A stretch of 61,341 bases of DNA from Pelomyxa schiedti (Eukaryota > Protista > Evosea): the NCBI GenBank assembly GCA_020536535.1, contig JAHLWZ010000882.1, positions 1 through 61,341 of the forward strand. Direction: 5' to 3'. Below, one piece after another: positions 33,652 to 44,884 of the stretch. The notes below the pieces were generated by a model. The model did no database searches. It saw only the letters and a list, made by a program, of their open reading frames with translations, and was not told the origin of the DNA. Every line of letters starts with the position of its first letter. Positions within the stretch are counted from its first letter, which is position 1. Both the position numbers and the translations under genes were made by a program.

Positions 33652-36443
33652 TTACCAACAAGAACAAACACAGAGACAAACAAGCCATCCTTCTAGAGTC
33701 AAGTCCATGTCCCAAAGGTTCTTTTTCTCGTTCTTGACATACTTGTCAGCAAGTTGTGTGCCTTCATTGGCGGCGGCGGCAGAATTGAATGTGGTGAATG
33801 TTGTACCAAGTCCTATGGATGGAGTTACATTTTGGGTGTAGGGATGAGTAGAATTACCGGGTAAAAGCTTATAGGTGAAGTCACAGTAGCCCGGAAGATT
33901 GTTAAGATACGTGAGCCAATGTGTTGAGAAATCAGAGGCTTGGTTGGTAGTGAGTTTAGTGGAACTCACTCTTACCATCACTTTCAAATCTGTTTGGGAG
34001 CGGAGTTAAAGAAACGGCATGATTGAAATGGCACTTACCAATTTGTAGCACTTTGTCAGGTGAAGGGAAGCCTATTGCTAGACTGGATTGATTAGAGAGG
34101 GCTTGAAGGTGCTGAAGAGACTGTAACTGGGGTAGTGTGGATTGTGCTGGGCCGACTTGCTGTGAATTGGGGGGGATTGAGACTACCGGAGAGCCATTTC
34201 CTTCATATTATGAGGAAAAAGTCTTAACTTCATACATCAGTGAAATGGAGGATACTTATGGATCTTCCTTTCTCCAGAGAGAATGGCGGGCTTCGTGCAA
34301 TTTCATTTCCCGGAAGTTCAAGTACTAATTGAACGTTGCATTGCAAGTGTTCGCTTTTTGGTTTTAGCCGTTCATCAGGGCAGTCACATAACACAAAGAC
34401 GGCATACCTTGACGAGGAACAGTGACTTTTACAGCTATCCATTGTGCAACACAAATAGCCATTGGGCATTCGCGCAGCCTCAAAAACTTTTTTACTGGAA
34501 GCCTTGATAGTAATAAGCTTCCCAGAGGTAGAAGAGCAGGATGAGCAATGGACCACTGTATGTTTTTATGATAAGCAAAACTACATCATACTACCTTCAT
34601 TTGTTCCATCTTTGCACGATTTCATATTTCGCACACACATCTCAAAAAGTTTCTCATCAGTTAAATCGTACTGCGCTCTGTAATCTGCGGCCATAATGAG
34701 GTGCACCTACAACAATAAACTTGAATATCAATAAGAAACTATGAACCTGAAAACACTTATCCCGACTTATTTTCGTTGTACTTAAGTGCAGCACACAATT
34801 GTTGCCGGAATGAAGCTTTGGTTCAACTTCATGATATATTTGCTGTAGTTGCTCATCGTTGAGAGGCATCTCTAAAACAAGAAGAAATGAGATTGTGGAA
34901 GTTGTTTATTTCATACCACTGGTTACTAGTGGTGCACCGGACTGTTGGAGAGGGGAAGAGCCACTTGGCATCACCATTCCCATCGTGAGGTTTAGAGCTT
35001 GTGCTTGCTGCAGTACAGGGGCAAGTGCGGCATTGTGCATTGGGGTACCCCGTTGGAATGCTGAAAGTGAATTTAATGTAAAAGAAGCTGCTGGGTGTAT
35101 ACCATTCACTAAATCAGGGCTATTTAGCCCTAGTGCTGCGGGAGCACCAGGAAGATCAGGTAGGCCATTCCATGTGGTGTCAAGTTCTGGAGGAGATTCT
35201 GGGAAAGTTGGGGTGGTAATATCACTATTTGTCGGGGAGTGAAGCTGTTGTAACAATTGTGGGGGTATAGAATTTGCGGTATTTGCCAGTGAAGGGTCGG
35301 ATGCACCCAATTGATTTGTGGTATTGGCTTGGCGAGTAATGTCTTGCATTTCCGGGAGTCGGACAACTTTTCTTGGAGGGCCAGCCAGGTCCCTTTCTGG
35401 GTGAGCCCCATCGTTTTGTGTCTTTGCAAGGTCAGTTCGTACAGGAAATTGCGGGAAAAAACCTGCAAAGTGCCCAAGAATGCAAGTATTGACGCAGGAT
35501 CATTTCCAAAAAAGTTCTTGATGCCTCCCAATTGGTTCATACTAGTTGATTGAACGGACCGCGCGGCACTGTCAGTAGAGGCACTGTTCATATTGCCCAG
35601 ATTAGATACAGCAGGTGTGCCTGTATTCCCACTTCCACCCTCCATTTGAAGTCCACTTCGACCAATGCCTCCCAGGTTGAGGTTGCCCATAACACCTCCC
35701 GGGAAATTGGCACCTGATCCCATGCCACTGATGTTTGAGGGAGTCATCATAGGCATTCCATTTACGCCAGAGAGCACGTTTGGATTCATACTTCCACTTC
35801 CGAGTCCCATTGGCAGACCCATCCCATTGGGGTTTTGTAAATTAGCACTCATCCCACCACCCCCCATCATGTTTCCTAGATTTGCCATATTCATCAAGTT
35901 TCCTAAGCCTCCTGGTAACATGGCACTAATATCTCCCAAATTTAAAGTGCCACTCATATTGCCCCCACTACTGGGAATGCTGGACATAACCCCAGGCATG
36001 TTAATCATTCCCAAAAGAGCATTTATCCCACTATTGCCACCAACAGAGGGATTAATTGGAGCTGATGTAAGAGGTGTGTGTGTGGTAGGTGTAGAGGGTA
36101 CTGATTGCTGAAAATTCATTGAAAATGGTACGGCAGTGCCCACCATGAATTGAGAAGGCTGGTTGATGGAAGAGTTTGCGCTGTTCCCACCACCTCCAAA
36201 CTGGAAAGCCCCAGATTGTCCTTGTGAAGGTGAACCTTGTGTAGAGGAAAGCATGTGCGCGAGCTCGTTCATAACGGCGGGGCTTGAAGGGGCAAAGAGA
36301 GAAAAACCGGAGGCAGAAGGACTTTGTTGTGGGTTGTATCCTGTTTGAGAGGGTTGTTGCGCTTGTTGTTGTTGTTGTTGGATCATCATTTGTTGCATTT
36401 GGAATTGTTGCAGTTGCTGTTGCAAAGAAGGTTGCTGGTTCAT
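33652..36443 (-). CDS. CudA-like transcription factor with a long Q-rich and M/G/N-rich N-terminal low-complexity region, multi-exon
   Basis: Exons give VHCSSCSSTSGKLITI..MDSCKSHCSSSR-EHLQCNVQLVLEL, matching my recollection of the CudA CxxC and CSSSRxHL motifs. PolyQ N-terminus. Confidence 0.65.
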
Positions 36444-37229
36444 AAACGATGAGCCAAGGTGCTTTTTATTATTGTTATTTTGAGTATTTTTGAATTGTTT
36501 TTTAAAACCATACCATGCCTGAGTTCATGGCCCGGTGCTGAAAGAATGTAATTAAAAAAAAGAAGGAGAAATACATGTACACATACCTGAGACATATCGT
36601 CTTTTGGTTGTTGCATCGATGAGATCTCTTTTGTTGGTGATAAGAGTCAGAATAAATAAAATAACATACAAACAACGATAACGGCACCACCGTCGCGTGT
36701 GTGATTAGCTCTTGGTTTTTTATGTGCACCAAGTGGCTACAACTTACGTGTCGGGAAAAAAAAAGAGGCTCGGTGGAGCGCTATTGCTCCCGGTTGTTTT
36801 AGTTTTGAATCTGGTCCGCTTTTCGCGTTTCAAAATGCCTTGGAATCCAACAAGGCCGTTTTAGTTTTTCCCCGAAGCCACCATAAAAGGCCTGGCGGGT
36901 TCAGACTTCGTTGAAGGCCCAATTTGGGCCTCATCTCACATCAAACCCACTGCCGTTGCCCAAAAGCGGGTGGAACCAACCACGGTGTGCCCTGTCCACA
37001 ACCGACCATCAGGCAGGATTGGGCGTTCAATCTTTTTCGCCGTGAACACCATGAGCGCGATGAAAACATTGAGTGGCGGAAGAGCACACCGAAAAGAGTG
37101 GGTGCGCTCAGTGAAGGGTTTTTTTTTTGGTGGTTTTTCGGCCAGCTTTGCTTGAGAGAGAGAACAACCGAAAGAAATCCAAATTGATTAAAAAAAAAAA
37201 AAAAAGCAATTTGTGTTGTGAAGCTGGAG

Positions 37230-38755
37230 ATGAAGGGGAACCCACCGGTTACTGTCAAATATGAACTTGTAAGCAGGTTCGCGTGGGTTTACGTGCTGTT
37301 AGCTGCTCTCGTGTTGGGTACACCAGCTGCCGCCCCACTTTTTTTTTTTTCCAGAGATTTTGGTCGTGAAATTCAATGCCTTTATGGTTGACATGTATTT
37401 CATTATAGGGGGTACGCTGATGGGACTTGTTGCACTTTTTTGTGGCTTCGTACCTCCAATTTTTACGATTTTACAAGGGTATTACCTTGTGGTGTGGTTT
37501 AGTTACGCCCAAAACCGTTTTAAGGCCTTTCATTGACAGACTGGATTTGCATGGGCTGTGTTTCTATTACCTGGTGTTCGTCTCATGAGGCAGCCCTCAT
37601 GGAAGGGAATCATTACATTTGTACACTTCCCACTTTCTTCGTTTTCCTCTCTCTAAGACGCTTGTAGTTATTGGTTCTAGCCTTTTGTAATCTGGCACTG
37701 ACAGTTCATACTTTGATTCTACGTCAACTTTTTGAGCCAGGGCAGATAGAAACTTTCGGTCATATGTGTCTATTGACTCTGAGCTTTTTATTCTTTGGGA
37801 TGCAAAGCTGCTTTTTTGATAACTTGTGTTTCAGACTGGAGAGATTTCGTTCCATTTTTTGGTTGAGTTTGGGTCTTTTTGGTTTCTTTACTGACCTACT
37901 CAAGGTATTGCATAATTCTTGCAGTGGGGACTTCTTTGACAGCAATTCGGTACTTGACAGATTCCTCCTGGGTAATGGCAATACTGGCTGTATGCCAGAT
38001 CCAGGCCACAATACAATACTTTATGATGGTCTGCAACCAAGATATCCTACTCGGCAAACCTAGGTAATTAGCCAAGTGCACACCTGTCTCTTAATACTTC
38101 CTAGATTTAAGCACTGGTTGCTTCACGGCACGATAGTATTTACATCTTTTCTCGCACCCTCTATCATTATTGTCTTCAGTATTGCGTTTTTATATTGGCT
38201 TTCAGGAGGAATTACGGTTTGTTTTTCGTTGGTTGTGCTTGTTCCTAACCAAGCATAAACCAAATGAAGTGGGCAACACAAGCATGGTGGATGTGTTATA
38301 TTCTCTCAGCATACACTCTTCTTCCATCTGTATGTCATCTTTCTCTCGTTGGGCCATTCCATCGTAATGTTGCCCACAGTCACTTGCTGGCTACTACTCA
38401 TTCAATTTGTGCTTCATTTCAAACACCTTTCTAAGATTCCTCACCCGCACTGCCGTCATTGTATGTCCAACCCCTTTTTTTTTATTATTATTACTCTTGG
38501 TTTTCGTTTCTTTTTCTTTTCCCTCTTTTTTCATGTACTATGCCGGAATAGTTGCTTGGTGGACCAACTCTGTTCTTTGCGTTCCTACGGTGTGTTGGGC
38601 TACTCATCCCGCACGTGCGCCTGCACGAAGTGAACATATGCTTTATCCTCGCTGGGCTTGTTTCATACTGGCACTGGTTCACAGGCGGCTGGCTTGTGCG
38701 CCGCGGCGGCGAAGAAATACTCCCCCTGCTGGTAAAGAGGGACCCCAAGCCCTGA
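37230..38755 (+). CDS. Uncharacterised multipass membrane protein, many short exons
   Basis: Successive hydrophobic exons (LSLGLFGFFTDLLK, SWVMAILAVCQI, WLLHGTIVFTSFLAPSII, YYAGIVAWWTNSV, SYWHWFTGGWL) are bounded by GT-AG signals. Family not recognised; start uncertain. Confidence 0.5.
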
Positions 38756-38869
38756 TAAAAAAAATACTTATGATGTAGATTTTTTTTCTTCATTCATTCG
38801 AATATGTCTTTATTACTGCATGAATGTTCCCTGTGTACTAGGCACACAACTGCAGTTGTGTGTACTCTT

Positions 38870-39090
38870 GATGGAAAGTGTGGGGATGGAGTAGCCATGA
38901 TTAACTTTGGTAGGTGAGAACAACGTCGTGATGGTTTTCTTGAGAAAGACACCAAAACGGCAGTGTCACTTTCCAGGCATCAGATTCTGGAAATGCCAAT
39001 GCGATGTTCGACCTTGCCCTCTGTTTGCTGGTGTTTTACGGGACTTTAGAATGGTAACATAGCTCTATAAGAGGGGGGCCAATGGTGGGT
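38870..39090 (+). pseudogene. Decayed Sel1-like repeat fragment
   Basis: Across frameshifts it reads EKDTKTAVSL / ASDSGNANAMFDLALC / GVLRDFRMVT*LYKRGANGG, the same repeat consensus as the three downstream genes. Confidence 0.75.
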
Positions 39091-39187
39091 GCGATACTGC
39101 CCGTGTTACTCTAATCGTCTGCTTCGTGACACTGATTTCCACAGAAGCAAAATTTCGGTTTTTTTACTGCTTTTGATCGAAGGTGCA

Positions 39188-40952
39188 ATGGATGTGCTGA
39201 CACCCGGTTGTCACAACTACGGTGCATTACGAAACCGTGTGATGATGCAGGCTCTTTCACAACTGGAGGAGGGGAACACTGAGGGCGCAATTCGTGCAAT
39301 TTCGGATGCTTGTGAGCAGTTCGATAGTTGCGCTTACGATCCATCCCCGAAAAACCAATTTGCTCACAGACATACGAAACAAACAAAAAAAACTACCAAA
39401 CGAACAAACTAACAAACGAAAAAAAGGACAAACATGTGCATCACGTGGGGGTGATCAGGACGAGGAAGAGATGTGTTATCTCCCTGGGTTGATACTTCTT
39501 CACGGTCTTTGTCTTCTAACCAACAATCACGTTGCCATCTCTCGGCGCATTCCTTCAAACCTATCAAATACCTTTTCGCGTACAATCTCCACTGCCCTTC
39601 CAGACCTGAGCCACTATTGCCACCTTGTGATCGTGTCAGCAAACACCACAATGATGAGTATCACGGAAGAGTGGGACGCTCTGTTTGCAGCAGCCTCTTC
39701 TGCGGCGTCATTCGGCGCCACTGTTAATCCGCAAATACCGACTCAACATGGGAGTGGGTCTCACAGTGTTCACCGAGGATCGTGGGCATGTAAGCTGTAT
39801 GTTGCTTTGTGGACAACCCTCTGCTTTGAGAGAACATCATGTGAGCCACTTTGGTTGGAACTCTCCAATTCACAGGTTCTTCCTCGTTGTCAGGACAGTA
39901 ACAGTGAAGCTGTTCAACTCTTGCCATCTGCCTCTCTGGCCCTCCTTGGTGTATGTTGCCTTGGTGGCGTTTTCGGGCTGGAAAAGGATTACAACCGTGT
40001 GGTTTCACTCTTCCGGAAGGCTGCCGATTCTGGAAACTCCATGGCAATCAACGGCCTTGCCGTGTGTTACCACAATGCATGGGGCGTCGACTTCAAGGAT
40101 ACCGCCTTGGCACTGACCCTTTGGAAGAGGGCCGCGGAGGCTGGAAATTGCAAGGCAATGTTCAACCTTGCTGTATGTTACCACAACGGAACTGGCGTTT
40201 ACAAAGACTTTAACCACGCTGTATCTCTTTGGAAGAGAGCTGCTGAAGTCGGGCATTACATGTCAATATACCATCTGAGTTTGTGCTACAAAGAAGGCCA
40301 TGGTGTACCCCAGGATATGGACCTGTCCCTCTCACTTATCAGGAGGGCTGTTGATGCTGGTGACACTGATGCCATGTTCGACCTTGGTGTGCGTTACAGA
40401 AAAGGCGATGGTGTAGATAAAGACTTGAACAAGGCAGTGTCACTCTACAGGAGGTCGGCAAATGGTGGAAATTCCAGTGCGATGAACAGCCTTGCTGCGT
40501 GCTATAAAGGTGGCCATGGTGTTGAGAAGGATCTTATCAAGGCCGTGGCTCTTTTCCAGAGGGCATCTGATGCTGGAAATACATGTGCAACACACAGCCT
40601 CGCTTGGTGTTATGATGCTGGGGAGGGTGTTGAAAGGAACATCCACCAGGCACTGTCACTTTACAGGAGGGCTGCCGATGCCGGCAATAGCAACTCGCTG
40701 CACAACCTTGCAGCTTGTTACAGGACTGGTGATGGCGTTGTTGCTGACCTGAAGTTGGCAATCTCGCTTTACATGAAGGCTGCCGAGGCTGGAAACCCAG
40801 CTTCCACACAGTACATTGGTCAGTGCTACGCAAAAGGACAAGGTGTTCACCGGGACCTCAGGATGGCTGTGGCATACTTCAAGAGGGCTGCTGACATGGG
40901 ATACAAAGATGACTCCCACACACTCGACACCCTTATCAACGAAGACAACTAA
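39188..40952 (+). CDS. Sel1-like repeat (SLR) protein 1, about 8 repeats, with a conserved N-terminal domain; one 5' intron
   Basis: Repeats of A..L(F/Y)..AA..GN..AM..LA.CY..G.GV.KD. N-terminal YLPGLILLHGLC..WACKLYVALWTT..SCEPLWLELS. Confidence 0.92.
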
Positions 40953-41008
40953 TGTGCCGGGCAATTCACCAAATCGAACACTTCCACTTATCAAATAATC
41001 GAAAACGG

Positions 41009-42683
41009 ATGAGCAACGACGACGGCGGCAGCATGCAAGTTCACCGAAGCGCAGCAGCGTGTCAACAAAAGAGATGCAAGTTGGTGATGGAGGCGATTTC
41101 GCGGATGGAGGTGGGCGACGCAGCGGGCGCAATTCGTCTTGTTTCGGATGCTTGCACCTTGTTTGACACCTGTCACATTATTGATGGTACCGCATTCCAT
41201 TTCATTTCCTCCTAGCCTCCACTTGTATTAAAAAAAAAAAGGAGAAACAAGTGGGCTTGAAGAAGGTGAGGAAGAGCTGTGTTACCTCCCTGGGTTGATA
41301 CTTATTCATGGTCTGTGTATTCTCACAAATGATCAAGTCTCATTGTTCCCACACATTCCTCCAAACCTGTCGATTTTTTTTTCACGAGCCATTTCTGCTT
41401 CTACTGCTGAAATGAGATACTACTGCCATGGTGTGTTGTTGTCTGCCAACAAAAGTTTGGTACTGTGTGCGGAGGCAGAGGAGACGACAACGAGGATTGC
41501 AGAAGAATGGAATTCCCTTGTTACAGCAGCTGAATCATTCGCATGCAATAATGTTGATTCAACAACACCAATTCAACGAGAAGACGAAGACCATGACGAC
41601 ACCAACAATCAACGAGGATCGTGGGCACACAAGCTCTTTGTTGCCTTGTGGACAACTTTCTGCTTGGAGAACACATCATGTGAGCCACTTTGGTTGGAAC
41701 TGTCAAAGCATCATCACATCGGAGATGACAGTTCTTCTTCCTCTTCAGCGCAACAACTCTTGCCGTCTTTGTCTCTGACACTCCTTGGCATGTGTCACTT
41801 TTACGGAATTGCCGGTTTTAAAAAGGATGTTAACTGTGCTGTGTCACTTTGGAGGAGAGCTGTGGATTCTGGAAACGCAATGGCAATGAACAGCATTGCT
41901 GTGTGTTATAACTATGGTTGGGGTGTAAGCAAGTGCATCAACCAGTCGGTGTCACTTTACAGGAAGGCTGCTGATTGTGGAAATGCCAAAGCCTTGTTCA
42001 ACCTTGGCTTCTGCTTCGAAAATGGTGAAGCTTCTGCGAGGGACATGAAGCAGGCAGTCTCACTTTATCAGCGGGCTGTGGCTGTTGGAAGTACATCAGC
42101 AATGTTCAATCTTGCTGACTGTTACCTAAAGGGCGACGGTGTTGACAAGGATGTGAACATGGGATTATCACTTATCAGGAGGGCTGCAAATGCTGGCGAT
42201 TCGGCCGCTCTGGCAGACCTTGGTGTGCGTTACAAGTTTGGTCATGGTGTTGACAAAGACATCAAAACAGCCTTGTTACTTTGCAGGAAGGCTGCTAATG
42301 TCGGAAGCTCCAAAGCAATGAACAACCTTGCGTTGTGCTATGAAGAGGGTGTTGGCGTTACCCAGGATCCCAGGACGGCAATGTCACTGTTCAGGAAGGC
42401 CTCTGATGCCGGAAACTCCACCGCAACATGCAACCTTGGCCTGCGTTATGAATTAGGTAAAGGCGTGGAGAAGGACATCAACCGGGCCGTGTCACTTTAC
42501 ATGAAGGCTGCTGATGCTGGAAACAGTGGGGGAATGTACCACCTTGGCAAGTGTTTTGAGAATGGCCAAGGCGTTCAACGCGACACCAGATTGGCAGTCT
42601 CACACTACAAGAGGGCTGCCAACATGGGATACCAGAAGGCCATTCGCCATGTAGCCGCCCTGCTCGAAAGATACAACCCTTGA
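41009..42683 (+). CDS. Sel1-like repeat protein 2 (tandem paralogue)
   Basis: Exon 1 MSNDDGGSMQ..CKLVMEAISRMEVGDAAGAIRLVSDACTLFD, then the same N-terminal domain and SLR repeats. Confidence 0.92.
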
Positions 42684-42799
42684 CGAAATTAGATCAAAAC
42701 TAACTTATTTTTATTGACCCTTGTTATTATTGTTACAATACAATAAAACACCCCCCAGTTTTTTCACGGAAATCCTCAACCGCCAACTCGGCTGATCAG

Positions 42800-44574
42800 A
42801 TGGACAACAACACATCGCCCGTGCCGACGAGCAACGGCGTCGGCAGCCGCGCGCAAGCTCACAGAAGCGCAGCAGCGTGTCAACAAACGAGATGCAAGTT
42901 GGTGATGGAGGCGATTTCGCGGATGGAGGTGGGCGACGCAGCGGGCGCACTTCGTCTTGTTTCGGATGCTTGCACCTTGTTTGGCACCTGTCGCGTTATT
43001 AGTGGTCTGGTTCGGCACTCCTTGAAAATCATTTCATTTCATTTCCTTTGCTCACCTCACATTCATTATCACCTGGATGCCACTCCTTATTACAATTACA
43101 ACCAACTACTTACAAAAAAAAAAAAAAAAAAGGAGAGACAAGTGGATTGAATGAAGAAGAAGATATTATTTACCTCCCTGGGTTGATACTTATTCATGGT
43201 CTGTGTATTCTCACAAATGATCAAGTCTCCCTGTTCCCACACATTCCTCCAAACCTGGGGAATTTGTTTTCGCTAGTCATTTCTATTTCAGCCATAGAAA
43301 TGAGGCACTACTGCCATGATGTGTTGTTGTCTGCCAACAAAAGTGTGCTGGCGTGTGAGGAGGCTGAGGTGACAATGAGGATTTCAGAAGAGTGGGATTC
43401 TATTGTGGCAGAAGCCACATCACTGGCACACAATAGTGTTGATTCAACAACACCAATTCAACAAGAAGACGAAGACCATGACGACACCAACAATCAACGA
43501 GGATCGTGGGCACACAAGCTCTTTGTTGCCTTGTGGACAACTTTCTGCTTGGAGAACACATCATGTGAGCCACTTTGGTTGGAACTGTCAAAGCATCATC
43601 ACATCGGAGATGACAGTTCTTCTTCCTCTTCAGCGCAACAACTCTTGCCGTCTTCGTCTCTGACACTCCTTGGAATGTGCCACTTTTACGGAATTGCCGG
43701 TTTGAAAAAGGATGTCAACTGTTCTGTGTCACTTTGGAGGAGAGCTGTGGATTCTGGAAACGCAATGGCAATTAACAGCATTGCTGTGTGTTACAACCAT
43801 GGTTGGGGTGTCAGCAAGAACATCAACCAGTCGGTGTCACTTTACAGGAAGGCTGCTGATTGTGGAAATGCCAAAGCCTTGTTCAACTTTGGTTTCTGCT
43901 TCGAAAATGGTGAAGTTTCTGCGAGGGACATGAAGCAGGCAATCTCACTTTATCAGCGGGCTGTGGCTGTTGGAAGTACATCAGCAATGTTAAATCTCGC
44001 TGAATGTTATAAAAGTGGGGATGGTGTTGACAAGGATGTGAACATGGGATTATCACTTATCAGGAGGGCTGTTGACATTGGTGACCCTGAGGCACAGTAC
44101 TTTCTGGGTTTGCGTTACAAAACGGGCTGTGGTGTTGACAAAGACATCAAAACAGCCTTGTCACTTTACCAGAAGGCGTTAAAATTTGGAAGCTCCAAAG
44201 CAATGAACAGCCTTGCGCTGTGCTATGAAGAAGGTGAGGGTGTTGTCCAGGATATCAAAATGGCAGTGTCACTTTACAGGAAGGCCTCTGATGCCGGAAA
44301 TTCCACTGCAACATGCAACCTTGGTTTGTGTTATGAATTTGGCAAAGGTGTGGAGAAGGATGCCAACCAGGCTGTGTCACTTTACATGAAGGCTGCTGAT
44401 GCTGAAAATGATTTGGGAATATACCGCCTTGGGGAGTGTTTTGAGAATGGCTGTGGTGTCCAACGGGACATCAGAATGGCAGTCTCACACTACAAGAGGG
44501 CTGCCAACAAGGGATCCCAGAGAGCCATAAACCAACTTGCCACCCTGTTAAGAAGAATTGGATACAACTCCTGA
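42800..44574 (+). CDS. Sel1-like repeat protein 3 (tandem paralogue, close to copy 2)
   Basis: Exon 1 MDNNTSPVP..CKLVMEAISRMEVGDAAGALRLVSDAC, followed by SLR repeats. Shares a 191-bp identical tract with copy 2. Confidence 0.92.
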
Positions 44575-44884
44575 ATAACAAAGTGACTGGAACCTACCGG
44601 CAGTCTGCAAACAAAAGCCACCAACAAGAAAAAAAAAAAAAAAACCAGAAAAAAAAGGAATGAACAGCGGTTGCTCCCCTCTGAACCCCGCAGGCCCCCA
44701 GACCCTCCGCGGCGAGGCTGGAAACCAACGAAACCCAGTTTGGTAGGGGGGCCGATGGAGCACAGGAAATAGAGCCCGCCCCTTCCGGCTCTGCCCTCTC
44801 TCGACCCATTTTAATGGGAAGCCAAAGGACAGCCACCCGGACACTTTCCCACAACCGCAGTCTGGCCGGTCTGGCCAAACTAGG

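Noticed and set aside
36740-37140. Several short hairpins (aggccc/gggcct, gccttg/caaggc) and a U3-like agagcac..gaaaa string between divergent genes
   Set aside because: No box A/C/D set or other diagnostic ncRNA motif; stems are short enough to arise by chance.
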